NCBI GenBank assembly: GCA_042569595.1
Contig: JBHPHI010000002.1
Span: 2,590 to 66,589, forward strand
Direction: 5' to 3'
Source of the DNA: Patescibacteria group bacterium
GTDB lineage: Bacteria; Patescibacteriota; Microgenomatia; UBA1400; 2-01-FULL-45-11
Length of the DNA stretch: 64,000 nucleotides
The notes beneath the pieces are model-generated. The model saw nothing but the letters and a program-made list of their open reading frames with translations, was not told where the DNA came from and made no database searches. Shown piece after piece: positions 47,854-58,168 of the stretch (the stretch's first letter is position 1; each line of letters begins with the position of its first letter). The position numbers and the translations under genes are program-made.

Positions 47854-48486
47854 TCAAACCCTAGAGTGATATAGCTTTTCATCTGCTAAATAAAACTCTC
47901 TACCGTGTCCGTTGTAAGTAATTGTTTGATCTGGAAGCTGGAACAATTTATTAATAGACTTTCTAAGTTCCGAAGAAGAACAATAAGAAAAATCTGTTCT
48001 TCCCACACCACCTCCAGCAAATAAAACATCTCCCACAAAAAGCACAGAATCTTCTTCTGAATGCAAAGCAACACTCCCCGGGGTGTGTCCGGGAGTAGGA
48101 ATAATTTCAAGCCTCACATTTCCAAAACCAAATTTTTTTACATCATCAAAATATTCATCCACCTTAGGAGCAGGGCCTGGATCAAAGCCAGCAAAATGTT
48201 GTGTGGTTTCACGCATTCTATTCAAAAGAAACTCATCTTTACTATGCATCACAAAAGGAGCGTCAAAAGACATCTTAAGCTCATTTACCGCCAATACATG
48301 GTCAAAATGCCCATGAGTTGCAATAATTGCTTCGATGCTTACTCTTTCATCCAAAATTGCCTGAATAATAAAATCAGCGTCATCTCCAGGATCTATTACA
48401 ACACCCTTGCTAGTTTCCTCATCCCACGCCAAAAAGCAATTTGTTTCCAATTGACCAACAGGCAATCTTTTTACTAAAAGGCTCAT
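47854..48486 (-). CDS. MBL-fold metallohydrolase (glyoxalase II-like)
   Basis: THGHFDH, TPGHTPG, GDVLF, GHG. Confidence 0.92.
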   Translation of the reverse strand: MSLLVKRLPVGQLETNCFLAWDEETSKGVVIDPGDDADFIIQAILDERVSIEAIIATHGHFDHVLAVNELKMSFDAPFVMHSKDEFLLNRMRETTQHFAGFDPGPAPKVDEYFDDVKKFGFGNVRLEIIPTPGHTPGSVALHSEEDSVLFVGDVLFAGGGVGRTDFSYCSSSELRKSINKLFQLPDQTITYNGHGREFYLADEKLYHSRV

Positions 48487-49772
48487 TATCTTTTAAAAAT
48501 TCTTTTTACTAAAATTGTTGCCAACTCTCTCTGAGGTAAGCGAATTTTTCTAGGAGAAAAGACGAGAGTGATAATAGAGAAAAACACCAATATTCCACCC
48601 ATTACAGAAAATGTCTCCTGGTATCCAACAGTTTCAGCCAAATATCCTGCCAAAACAGGACCAAGAACATAGGCAATACTCACGGCAGATCTTTCTAGTC
48701 CCACCATATCGTTTCCAAAGAATTTCAGTCTTCCCACGAAATCTTCAGAAGTAGCCATAATTTCTGGAATTGCAATAGAAGTAAAAACTGAAGACATAAA
48801 TACGACTATCAACAAAGCAGAAACATTTGACACCAATCCAGCAGCTATTAAAAGCAAACCACTAAACAATCCAGAAAAAAATGCCACACGCTTTTTTCCA
48901 AAGGAATCACCAAGCCTTTTTGTTACAAGTCCTCCGAACAAAAATGGCACAACGTACAAAGAAAGAAGCCATGATCCGTAGGGGTGAACTTCTTTTAATT
49001 TCTCAGACAAAACTGCTCCAGTCGTCCAAAAAGTTGCATCCACCAAATATATAACTATAGTAAACAGCCAAACTGGCCACACTTTTTTAAGCAATACTCC
49101 CCAGATTGTAAACTCTTCCCAAATGGTTCGCTTTATCTCTTTTTCGTGAGGGGAGTGTTTCTTTTTTGGCAAAGTCGAATCAAATATCAAAAAAGCAAAC
49201 ATAGCAAAAACAAAAAGACCAACTGCTGTAGAAAAAGCTAAATTTACATGCTGACTCAGGAGGGAGCTACTTACAATGGGCGCCAACATCCAAGCAATGG
49301 AACGGAAAGCTTGCAACACTCCCCAGGCTCGAACGTGAGAGGATCTGTCTTGGTACTCGTGGATAAAGTGAAAATTAGAAAATTCCAGTAGTTCGTAATA
49401 AATTCCCCACACCCCCATACCCATCAACAAAACCAGAATAGTAGGAGAGAAAAACCAATATACCAAAGGAAACAATAGTCCAATTAAGATAGTCCACAAA
49501 ACATAAAAGTTGTATCTTTTGTTCGCAAACATTTTCCCGATAAATAAATCAGCAAAAAATCCCAAAAAAGATGAGCTTCCTATAAGGATTCCCATCATCG
49601 TTCCATTATTGACTCTTGATTCGATATAAACAGGAGATACATAACTCATTACAGAATCTGCCATTGTGATAAAAAACATCACCAAGGAAAACCCAATCAA
49701 GCGAGGGATGGTCGGGAAGTTAAAGTGAAAAGATTTATCACTTCTCAAAAATCTAGATGCAGTTGTCGCCAT
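48486..49772 (-). CDS. MFS transporter
   Basis: About 12 TM helices; LGDSFGKKR, GPVLAGYL. Confidence 0.8.
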   Translation of the reverse strand: MATTASRFLRSDKSFHFNFPTIPRLIGFSLVMFFITMADSVMSYVSPVYIESRVNNGTMMGILIGSSSFLGFFADLFIGKMFANKRYNFYVLWTILIGLLFPLVYWFFSPTILVLLMGMGVWGIYYELLEFSNFHFIHEYQDRSSHVRAWGVLQAFRSIAWMLAPIVSSSLLSQHVNLAFSTAVGLFVFAMFAFLIFDSTLPKKKHSPHEKEIKRTIWEEFTIWGVLLKKVWPVWLFTIVIYLVDATFWTTGAVLSEKLKEVHPYGSWLLSLYVVPFLFGGLVTKRLGDSFGKKRVAFFSGLFSGLLLIAAGLVSNVSALLIVVFMSSVFTSIAIPEIMATSEDFVGRLKFFGNDMVGLERSAVSIAYVLGPVLAGYLAETVGYQETFSVMGGILVFFSIITLVFSPRKIRLPQRELATILVKRIFKR

Positions 49773-49812
49773 ACACTAATTAAATGTTACTTTAGATAAA
49801 TATTCAATAAAA

Positions 49813-50676
49813 CTAAGATATATCAGCAAACAGATCTTTGAGAGTGTTTCCGAAATAATGTTCAACTAATTCTCTAGAAACCCAAACCCTTGGTGCGTGA
49901 AAGGAGTGTTTCAAAACACTTAATTTCATGTTAGGAAACAATCTTTTAAATCCCTCATATGTAACATTAAAATCAAGTTGAGTATCATTTTTAGACATTA
50001 TAAAAATTGCTTCATGGTTGACTGATTCCGATTCATTATCTAAGTTCTCTCTCATTAAACTTTTCATAGTGGCGCAAGAAATTCTAAAATTAAAATTTTC
50101 AAAATTTTTTGCGTATCTTCTTAGCTCTTCATTCCATGGTATTTCTTTATTAAAATGCCTAACAAATTTCATCATAAACCCTTCATTATTAAATGCATTT
50201 TGACCAAGACTTCTTAATCCTGGTAAATGACCAAAATTTGCCAACACTTTTCCAAACAACATCTCTTTATTTTCGATATTGATACACTCTTTCTTGTACC
50301 AGGGAGCGAATAAAATCACCTTTTCAATTTTGCTATTTTGTGTAGGAAGCTTTGAAATATAGTAGGCAAGGGGACCGCTCATGGACATTCCCATCAATAT
50401 ATATTTATCTAAATTTAAACTCGTGATCCATTCATTCACGAAAGCAACAATATCCTTATAGGAATATGGCTTATTATATTTAGGGTCTCCATACCCTGGT
50501 AAGTTTAGATAATACGTTTCAAAATTTTCAGCAAAATACGACAACACATCTTGAATTCTATCAATATCTGTTCTCCAGCCAGGCAATATTATTAACTTCT
50601 TACCCTTGCCTTTTTTGTAATATGTTGTTTCCACACCACCAACGGTAGTTTTATAGGTGTTTTTAATTTTTTTCAT
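49813..50676 (-). CDS. alpha/beta hydrolase
   Basis: LPGW, NLPGYG, GMSMSG. Confidence 0.8.
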   Translation of the reverse strand: MKKIKNTYKTTVGGVETTYYKKGKGKKLIILPGWRTDIDRIQDVLSYFAENFETYYLNLPGYGDPKYNKPYSYKDIVAFVNEWITSLNLDKYILMGMSMSGPLAYYISKLPTQNSKIEKVILFAPWYKKECINIENKEMLFGKVLANFGHLPGLRSLGQNAFNNEGFMMKFVRHFNKEIPWNEELRRYAKNFENFNFRISCATMKSLMRENLDNESESVNHEAIFIMSKNDTQLDFNVTYEGFKRLFPNMKLSVLKHSFHAPRVWVSRELVEHYFGNTLKDLFADIS

Positions 50677-50741
50677 AAAAAAATTTTACCAAAAATATCT
50701 ATATAAATAGAACACTCTCTGTTAAAATGATCGGCATATAT

Positions 50742-50815
50742 TGCCGGGTGATGAAATGGTATCATGCAGCACTCTGAATGCTGTCTTCGGGGTTCGAGTC
50801 CCTGCCCGGCAGCCA
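50742..50815 (+). tRNA. tRNA-Gln(CTG)
   Basis: TGCCGGG/CCCGGCA acceptor, CAGCA-CTCTGAA-TGCTG anticodon arm, GGTTCGAGTCC T-loop, encoded CCA. Confidence 0.95.
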
Positions 50816-50841
50816 ATTCATATCGATATAAATCATGAAAA

Positions 50842-51573
50842 TTATTTAATATTTTCAATAATCTGACTTACTTCAGATAAAGGAGCTTTTGTTGTAAGGA
50901 TCGAGACCAAAGTGTCATCTGTTGTAATTGCAGCTAAAACAATTAATTCGGAGTCTTCTAGTGGCTTTTGAAGAAAGTATGCCTTAAATATTTCAGAATT
51001 TCCCACCCGAAAAGGTTTCAGAGAGTCCTTCTGTCCAAGTATTGACTGCAAGTTTTGCACACTAGTATTTTCTGGAGCTTTCATTTGCTCCAAAACAATA
51101 GGTATGCCACTTCCCATTTCTGTTCTTGTTTTAGCGTCATAGTCGATCAACACTTTCACAGAATTATTATCTCCAACAGGTTTTCCGTTAAAGGTATTTG
51201 TTAAAACATACTCCTGTATAAGCACAGTGTTTTCAGGTAAATATTCTGGTTTATATATTCTGAATGAAACCTGAGAAGAGGCTTGAGAATATTCGTCTTC
51301 TTCTGCATTATTAACTCCAAAGTTTAAATACAAGGAATATGTAGAAACCAATACCGCAAGAAGAATAGCAATGATAAATAATTTTTTTTTACCACCCTTT
51401 TTTGGAGATTTTATTTTCGGTTGCTCTATCACTTTTTCAGTTATAACCACTTCAGGCTCTTTGTTTAATGACGTGTTTCTGGGAGCTATGGTATCAATGG
51501 GTTTTTGTTGTTTCACATGAAACAGTTTAGCAAAATATCTGATACAAAAATATAATCTTATAAATACAAGCAT
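50842..51573 (-). CDS. hypothetical single-TM protein (start uncertain)
   Basis: TM LFIIAILLAVLV followed by VSFRIYKPEYLP. Confidence 0.65.
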   Translation of the reverse strand: MLVFIRLYFCIRYFAKLFHVKQQKPIDTIAPRNTSLNKEPEVVITEKVIEQPKIKSPKKGGKKKLFIIAILLAVLVSTYSLYLNFGVNNAEEDEYSQASSQVSFRIYKPEYLPENTVLIQEYVLTNTFNGKPVGDNNSVKVLIDYDAKTRTEMGSGIPIVLEQMKAPENTSVQNLQSILGQKDSLKPFRVGNSEIFKAYFLQKPLEDSELIVLAAITTDDTLVSILTTKAPLSEVSQIIENIK

Positions 51574-51606
51574 TTATCTCATCAATCAAGCAAAATATCC
51601 TATAAC

Positions 51607-51635
51607 TTGTATTTACTGTCATGTAGAGGTACAAT
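51607..51635 (+). promoter_or_regulatory. sigma70-type promoter of the DEAD-box gene
   Basis: TTGTAT-N17-TACAAT, about 150 nt before the ATG. Confidence 0.55.
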
Positions 51636-51783
51636 ACCAAACAATAGATAAATACACAGACGTTGGTTTAAGTACGTAAAACTTTTGGATAGTCTTCTTA
51701 GGATTCTTCAATTTTTGCTAAATTCTTTCTCCAATATCTGGAGAGCACAAAATTATTTGTGCCAAAACAAAGAAAGAGAAAAC

Positions 51784-52962
51784 ATGAGAAAAAGTAACTC
51801 ACGAAATTTTCGTCGTGGCAGATTAGCGCCCAGACGACGCACTCAAAGAAGAGTGGTTAGTAAGTCTTTTGACCCATCACATTTGGTCAAAAAAGCTACC
51901 GCTCCAGCACCTATTGAGGTAATAAAAATAGATCATGAATTTAATGATTTCTCCATAAGCGATCAGTTAAAAGCAAGCATTGCTCATAAGGGATATGAAA
52001 CTCCCACTCCAATTCAGGATCAAGCTATTCCACACATATTGAAAGGAAAAGATGTAGTGGGGCTGGCAAACACAGGCACCGGAAAAACCGCAGCTTTTTT
52101 AATTCCTCTCATAGAAAACATTATTAAAGATGACTCATATAGAATATTAATAATTACTCCCACAAGAGAATTAGCCTCTCAAATACAAATGGAGATGCAA
52201 GGTTTTGCTCATGGAATGGGGATATATTCCACCCTTTGTATTGGAGGGGTGTCTATAGTCAGACAAATAGAAAGACTTAAGAGAAATCCACATTTTATTA
52301 TTGGTACCCCAGGCAGGATAAAAGACCTAACAGAAAGGGGAAAAATAAAACTAGAAACAATGAAAGCAATTGTATTAGACGAAGTAGATCAAATGTTAGA
52401 CATGGGGTTTATTCGTGACATAAAACATCTTATTGGTTTACTTCCAAAAGTAAGGCATTCCCTTTTCTTCTCAGCCACAATGCCAGACAATGTAAAAGAA
52501 ATAATGCACAGCTTTTTAACAGACCCGATCACTATAAGTGTTCGCACAGGTCACACTGTAGACAATATTGATCAAGACGTTGTTAAGGTAGCTGGAAGAC
52601 AGAAGATAGAAATACTCAAAGAAATGTTAAATGATCCCGACTTTAGCAAGGTTTTAGTATTTGGCAGAACCAAATGGAAGCTAAACAAGCTAGAGAAAAA
52701 ACTAAGGGATGATGGATATAGAGTATCTGCAATTCATGGCAACAAGACTCAACAGCAAAGACAAAGAGTGTTAAATCAATTCAAGAAAAACAGACTCCAA
52801 GCCTTACTTGCAACAGACGTTGTGTCTAGGGGCATAGATATTGATGATGTTACTCACGTAATCAACTACGACATGCCTCAATCATACGAAGAGTATATTC
52901 ATAGAATTGGAAGAACCGGGAGAGCTGATAAAAAAGGAAAAGCAATCACCTTCATAAACTAA
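51784..52962 (+). CDS. DEAD-box RNA helicase
   Basis: Q motif TPIQ, ANTGTGKT, PTRELA, TPGR, DEVD, SAT, HRIGRTGR; start MRKSNS at 51784. Confidence 0.95.
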   Translation: MRKSNSRNFRRGRLAPRRRTQRRVVSKSFDPSHLVKKATAPAPIEVIKIDHEFNDFSISDQLKASIAHKGYETPTPIQDQAIPHILKGKDVVGLANTGTGKTAAFLIPLIENIIKDDSYRILIITPTRELASQIQMEMQGFAHGMGIYSTLCIGGVSIVRQIERLKRNPHFIIGTPGRIKDLTERGKIKLETMKAIVLDEVDQMLDMGFIRDIKHLIGLLPKVRHSLFFSATMPDNVKEIMHSFLTDPITISVRTGHTVDNIDQDVVKVAGRQKIEILKEMLNDPDFSKVLVFGRTKWKLNKLEKKLRDDGYRVSAIHGNKTQQQRQRVLNQFKKNRLQALLATDVVSRGIDIDDVTHVINYDMPQSYEEYIHRIGRTGRADKKGKAITFIN

Positions 52963-53005
52963 ACTATATACACTCTTCTCAAATGGTATTATTCAATTGA
53001 TGTAA

Positions 53006-54175
53006 ATGGATATCAAAATGAATCAAACCCCAAAAGTTCTCATAATAGGCCTTGTAGACAGAAAAGAAGATTTACAAAAACAACAGGCAAGCCTAATAGA
53101 AGCAGAGTTGCTCGTAGATACTTATGGTGGTGAAGTTTATAAAACCCTTAATCAAAACTCTAGCCATCAAAGTGGCAGCACTTACGTGGGCTCTGGAAAG
53201 GTTCAAGAGCTAAAGGAGTTAGTAGAGTTAGATGATATAGACATCATTATTGTAAATGCCCATCTTAGGGCCAGCCAAACATTCGCCCTAAAAGAAATTA
53301 TTAGCCCCCAGGAAACCTGCAAAATTTGGGATAGAACTCAACTTATTCTTCAAATATTTAAAAAGCATGCAAACACTGCAGAAGCTAAATTACAAATTAA
53401 GCTCGCAGAGTTAAATCACCATGGGCCAGAGCTAAGCGGCATTGGCTCCACCCTATCTCAACAAGCTGGAGGAATTGGAACAAGAGGAATAGGAGAAACC
53501 AGCACAGAAATAATGAACCGCCATTGGAGAAAAGAAATAAGATCTATTGAGGAAAAATTAAAGAAAGTTACCCAAAACAGACATCAGCAAATGAAACACA
53601 GAAAACAATCTGGAATACCCACAGTTTCTATAGTTGGTTATACCAATGCCGGAAAAACTACATTATTCAACGCCATCAGTAGTAAAAAAGACAAAGTTAA
53701 AAACGCTCTTTTTGCAACCCTAGACAGTAGTGTAAGCACTCTTTATCTGCAAAACGTTGGAAAAGAAATATATATTTCTGACACTATTGGGTTTATCCAG
53801 GATTTGCCAACGGACCTAATAGATGCCTTCAAATCTACTCTTATGGAAACCATTAATGCAGACATATTGCTTCATGTTATAGATGCCGCAGACAAAGACA
53901 TACGAATAAAAATATCTACAGTGAATCGAATTATTGAAAGCTTGGATTTAAAACAAAAAAAACAAATTTATGTTTTTAACAAAAGTGACAAACTTGCAGA
54001 AGATCTAAAAAACAATCTTTCTAAAAAATACCAAGGTACCCAACATATTTTCATTAGCGCAAAAAATGACAAGAACGTAGACACATTGATTAGTATTGTA
54101 GAAAAAGAACTACTTAAAAAAGGATTAAAGCGCGCCAAGCACCTTTCCTATCTAGACGACTTACCCCAGGATTAA
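53006..54175 (+). CDS. hflX: GTPase HflX
   Basis: DRTQLILQIF, GGIGTRGIGE, VGYTNAGKTT, LFATLD, DTIGFI, NKSD. Confidence 0.95.
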   Translation: MDIKMNQTPKVLIIGLVDRKEDLQKQQASLIEAELLVDTYGGEVYKTLNQNSSHQSGSTYVGSGKVQELKELVELDDIDIIIVNAHLRASQTFALKEIISPQETCKIWDRTQLILQIFKKHANTAEAKLQIKLAELNHHGPELSGIGSTLSQQAGGIGTRGIGETSTEIMNRHWRKEIRSIEEKLKKVTQNRHQQMKHRKQSGIPTVSIVGYTNAGKTTLFNAISSKKDKVKNALFATLDSSVSTLYLQNVGKEIYISDTIGFIQDLPTDLIDAFKSTLMETINADILLHVIDAADKDIRIKISTVNRIIESLDLKQKKQIYVFNKSDKLAEDLKNNLSKKYQGTQHIFISAKNDKNVDTLISIVEKELLKKGLKRAKHLSYLDDLPQD

Positions 54176-54334
54176 TATCCTATAACATTGACTTCTCGAG
54201 TAATAATTGAGATAATATAACTGTACTTTAATAAAACAAAGTGGGTAGCGCTCTGCATGCATGGATTGTTTGCAATGCGCTACCCATTGTGGGTTGCTGA
54301 AAAAATTCTTAAGACTCAGTGAGTCAAAGGAAAA

Positions 54335-54577
54335 ATGATGAATAACATCATTAGCACCAAACGTTATGACCAAGCCACCTTAATAAAAGGAATAGCAATT
54401 GGATTTTTTATAATTGGCTTCATGTTTCCTATGGGAGCATATCTAGTTGCAGCAAATTATCAGCTTGAGATGAGTCATATGTTTGTGTTGGGAGTCTTGT
54501 CTGTAGTGGTTTGGCTACTGATACCAGTAATATTGTGGTTGGTAGGAAAACAACTAGAAAAACAGGCAAAAGAATAA
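54335..54577 (+). CDS. small two-TM protein (80 aa) flanked by long hairpins
   Basis: AAAGGA SD; two hydrophobic helices; hairpins at 54241-54287 and 54594-54679. Confidence 0.65.
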   Translation: MMNNIISTKRYDQATLIKGIAIGFFIIGFMFPMGAYLVAANYQLEMSHMFVLGVLSVVVWLLIPVILWLVGKQLEKQAKE

Positions 54578-54713
54578 CTTAAAACCCGCAAACACCCCTT
54601 ATCGCAGTGTTTAAAAACACACATGACTTCACACATTGCTGTGTGGTTATAGTTTTTGTGTTTTTTGCGAGTGAGGGGTTTTTGTTGTTTAGAAACACAT
54701 CTATAATGAATAA

Positions 54714-55289
54714 ATGACCTTATTGATACTTAGAATAATAATTGCTTTTGCGTTATTATTTTCCCTTCTTCAGTTGAACGGATTAATAAAAATCAAAAAT
54801 AGCCAAGTAAAAAAAGAATGGCTTATTAATGTCTTAGCCTATTATTTATTTCTTGAATCATTAGGTATATTAGTTGGAATCAAGGGGGTTAGGCAAAACA
54901 TTTATCTATCTCTATTTGCAGTTCCTGTTTGGATAAACTTAATAAAATTTTCAATTGGCTTAATTCAAAAAAAAGAAATAACCATTTTAAATAGACTTGA
55001 GCATACAATGGGCGGTCTTATTGTTTTTACGGCAATTACTTTATTAAAGCCAATAAACATTCTTCCTGTAATGATAAGTGCAAAATGGTTTGAAGCATTT
55101 CTGTACGTCCTTATTACAAATTTTCTTTCAGTATTACATGAGGTAGTAGAATTATTTTTCGACAGAGTTATGGGAAAGAAATACTTAATAGGCCCTGAAG
55201 TTGATGACACAAATTTTGATTTGTTAATGACCTTAGCAGGATCAATAATCGGATTCTTACTTGTCGTCGTTTTCAAAATATCAATATAA
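54714..55289 (+). CDS. membrane protein (DUF2238/VanZ-like H..E..E..D motifs)
   Basis: RLEHTMGG, LHEVVELFFD, DTNFDL. Confidence 0.6.
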   Translation: MTLLILRIIIAFALLFSLLQLNGLIKIKNSQVKKEWLINVLAYYLFLESLGILVGIKGVRQNIYLSLFAVPVWINLIKFSIGLIQKKEITILNRLEHTMGGLIVFTAITLLKPINILPVMISAKWFEAFLYVLITNFLSVLHEVVELFFDRVMGKKYLIGPEVDDTNFDLLMTLAGSIIGFLLVVVFKISI

Positions 55290-55320
55290 GCTCCACAACC
55301 CTTTTGTTAAAATAGCCAGT

Positions 55321-56394
55321 ATGAACTCAAAAAGAATAATTAATTTAGATATTATCAGAGTGCTTGCAATGCTTATGGTTGTGGTAATGCACACTCTTTA
55401 CAATTTCACTCTAAGGACTGATTTTTTTAACACCAAGCTCTGGTTTATTTTCGAGCCAATTATTGCTCTTTCAAAAACATGCGTACTCCTATTCTTTATG
55501 TTGAGTGGTTATTTAGTCGTAAACAAGAAAAGATCAGTAAAAGAAAATTGGAAAAGGACAAAAAAAAGAATACTTGTTCCATTATTGTCATTTTCACTAC
55601 TAAACATGTTTTATGAGTTATATAAATTCAATTTTGAAAAAAGAAGTGTAGGTGAGTTTATACAAAGACAGATGGTCAGAATCACAGATTTTCCAAGTTC
55701 TCCATTATGGTTTTTGGTAGCACTATTTTATTTTTATTTACTAAACCCTGTTTGGGGAAAAATTTTCAACAACAAAGAATCAAAAAATATTGCAATATAT
55801 ATAACCAAAATGTCACTTATGCTATCCATAGTCTCGACCCTTGTGAAGTTTCCAGGAATGAAAGAACATACGTTGTTTAACAATTTTACTGGTTGGATAG
55901 GGTATTTATTTTTTTATTTCTATGGAGCTTTAGCAAAAAATAAGTGGGTAAATGTCTATAACAAAAGAATAAATTATCTACTTATAACTTTTGGGTTTTT
56001 ATTTACATTCATAGGTGACTACATTACTTCTTTTACAACCGCAAAAAACATTAACTTTGTATGGACAAATTACACAGGGAATTTTCTCAGCTTTCCTGTA
56101 GTAATGTTGTCCATAGGAGTCTTTAATCTCTTACTTGCAGGCAGTTTCAAAAGCTTTGGTTTGTTATTCAAAAAAATTATTGAATGGTTTGCTGGAGTGT
56201 CATTTGGGATATATCTAATTCACACGTTTATTGTTAGTTTTTTAACAGATATTCTCAGGTTTAGATTCGACAACTTATCAATGAACGTATATTTATATAA
56301 CATAATAAATTTTTCTATAGTTTTTATTGCCAGCACCATTATCGCTTATGTATTAAAAATAACTCCCAAATTAAAAGCCTTGGTTGGCGAATAG
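55321..56394 (+). CDS. acyltransferase-3 family membrane O-acyltransferase
   Basis: RIINLDIIRVLAMLMVVVMH, FFMLSGY, LWFL, SFGIYLIH; ATG 55321. Confidence 0.9.
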   Translation: MNSKRIINLDIIRVLAMLMVVVMHTLYNFTLRTDFFNTKLWFIFEPIIALSKTCVLLFFMLSGYLVVNKKRSVKENWKRTKKRILVPLLSFSLLNMFYELYKFNFEKRSVGEFIQRQMVRITDFPSSPLWFLVALFYFYLLNPVWGKIFNNKESKNIAIYITKMSLMLSIVSTLVKFPGMKEHTLFNNFTGWIGYLFFYFYGALAKNKWVNVYNKRINYLLITFGFLFTFIGDYITSFTTAKNINFVWTNYTGNFLSFPVVMLSIGVFNLLLAGSFKSFGLLFKKIIEWFAGVSFGIYLIHTFIVSFLTDILRFRFDNLSMNVYLYNIINFSIVFIASTIIAYVLKITPKLKALVGE

Positions 56395-56455
56395 AATCCT
56401 CGTAAATTTGTATTTAAAATTTAGGCTTTAAATCAGTAAATTTCATAAAATATCA

Positions 56456-56484
56456 TTGATTTTTCAGGCTAAAAAACCTATAAT
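56456..56484 (+). promoter_or_regulatory. sigma70-type promoter
   Basis: TTGATT-N17-TATAAT upstream of the CarD-like gene. Confidence 0.6.
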
Positions 56485-56578
56485 GCACCCTTAACACTTA
56501 AAAACCGCTAATTTACTCATCTATTAAGTGGTGGGAAAGTTTTTTCTATCGGAAAAATTCGTTTAGCAGAAAGGGAAT

Positions 56579-57088
56579 ATGTTAGATATTACAAAAATTA
56601 AGGTTGGTGATCTAATTTCTTACCACAATAGGATACTAAAGGTTAAGTCCTTGAAAAAAGGAATGTTGGTTGGGATTCCAGTTTATAAAAAGAAAAAGGA
56701 CTCTGGTCTCATATTCAATATACCTACAGAAAACATTAAAAATCTAAACGTTAGAAACCTTTATACAAAGAAAGTAATTAACGATCTATTGAAAACAATT
56801 TCAGAAGATTTACCAAAGGAGCTTGTCCATTTTGAGTTGTCAGAAGATCATGTTTCTAAGATGTCTCTTGAAGAGATAATAGTTGCTATCAAGGGTTTGT
56901 GCGATGAAAAAGTTGCAAGAGAAAACAGTTTACCCACCAGTAAGTCAAGAAAATTAAATCTGTTCATCCAGGTTTTTGCAGAAGAATTAGGAGCAATTGT
57001 TAATCTTTCAAAAGAAGATGCAATAGAAAAAGTGAAGAGTAGAGTAGATAAGAGAAAAAAATCTCTAGAGAAAAAAACTGAAGAATAA
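56579..57088 (+). CDS. divergent CarD-like protein
   Basis: IKVGDLISY, LIFNIPTENIKNLNVRNL, helical C-terminus with AEELGAI. Confidence 0.55.
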   Translation: MLDITKIKVGDLISYHNRILKVKSLKKGMLVGIPVYKKKKDSGLIFNIPTENIKNLNVRNLYTKKVINDLLKTISEDLPKELVHFELSEDHVSKMSLEEIIVAIKGLCDEKVARENSLPTSKSRKLNLFIQVFAEELGAIVNLSKEDAIEKVKSRVDKRKKSLEKKTEE

Positions 57089-57123
57089 TTCATAATAGAT
57101 CCATCACAATTCAGTAAGGATCT

Positions 57124-57564
57124 ATGAGGTTTGAGGTTTCCCAAAGAGCAACATTATTTGAAGGAAAAGCTGCTGGAAAAATAATTTCAATGGTTTTTTT
57201 GCCGTTGGGAATTGTCATACTCCTTTTAGGCGGCTATTTACTAAACGACACACAATCTTTTTTAAAAGAAACTGAAAGTACAGTAGGATATGTAGTTGAA
57301 AACATTAGAGATGAAGATGCATATAAGCCCGTCATAGTATATGAAACAAGTGACGGCAGGAATTTAGAATTTTCTCCAAACATCAGCGCTAATCCACCCC
57401 AATATGATGTGAATGAGTCAGTTGAAGTTATATACAAAGCAGATGATCCATATCAGGTACGAATTAATACTCCTGCAAATATATACAACACTCCAGGGAT
57501 TGCATTTTTTGTGGGGGGACTTTTTTTTGTAATAGGCATAATTGCTTTATTTATTAAGAGTTAG
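57124..57564 (+). CDS. DUF3592-like membrane protein
   Basis: TM - TVGYVVE..YKPVIVYET..VEVIY..DP - TM. Confidence 0.7.
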   Translation: MRFEVSQRATLFEGKAAGKIISMVFLPLGIVILLLGGYLLNDTQSFLKETESTVGYVVENIRDEDAYKPVIVYETSDGRNLEFSPNISANPPQYDVNESVEVIYKADDPYQVRINTPANIYNTPGIAFFVGGLFFVIGIIALFIKS

Positions 57565-57566
57565 TT

Positions 57567-58145
57567 TTGAAATACAAGAATAAAATTTTTGACGGCATAG
57601 AATTAAAAGGAAATAGTTTTGAAAATAATTTTTTTTCAAAGTGCTCTTTTTCTAAAAGTAATTTAAGATATTCAAACTTTAATAAATGCACTTTTGACAC
57701 GTGTGATTTTTCAGGAGCAATTTTTGATAACACAGGTTTCTCAGACTGTTTATTCCCAGAATCAAAACTAAGTAATATTGATTTTTCAGAAGCTCATATA
57801 AAAAATTGTGATTTTTCAAAATCAGTAGTAAACAATAGTATCTTTCAGCAAAAAAAACTTGCAGATAAAAACAAAAACGATAAGTTTGATTTACGAAAAT
57901 GCATTTTTGATAATACCAGTCTAGAAAACACAATATTCATTAAATGTAATTTAAAATCCGTAAGTTTTAAAAATGCAAAGCTGAAATTGGCGATTTTTGA
58001 AAAATGCAACTTAAGCGAGGTTGATTTCACCGGAGCAGAAATAAGGGGAGCAAATTTTAATACTTCAAGCATCAATAAAACTATAATAGATATTGATGGA
58101 TTTATAAGTATGGGTAATTCCAAAGGCTTTGTGTTAAACACGTAA
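57567..58145 (+). CDS. pentapeptide-repeat protein
   Basis: Regular C/S-x-F/L five-residue repeats; TTG start. Confidence 0.88.
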   Translation: MKYKNKIFDGIELKGNSFENNFFSKCSFSKSNLRYSNFNKCTFDTCDFSGAIFDNTGFSDCLFPESKLSNIDFSEAHIKNCDFSKSVVNNSIFQQKKLADKNKNDKFDLRKCIFDNTSLENTIFIKCNLKSVSFKNAKLKLAIFEKCNLSEVDFTGAEIRGANFNTSSINKTIIDIDGFISMGNSKGFVLNT

Positions 58146-58168
58146 ATGCTATGATTTAACACAGGAGC

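Noticed and set aside
50742-50815. tRNA-Gln as an island integration site
   Set aside because: No duplicate of its 3' end was noticed in the window and there is no integrase.
50673-50858. 61-aa minus-strand ORF
   Set aside because: It is the reverse complement of tRNA-Gln.
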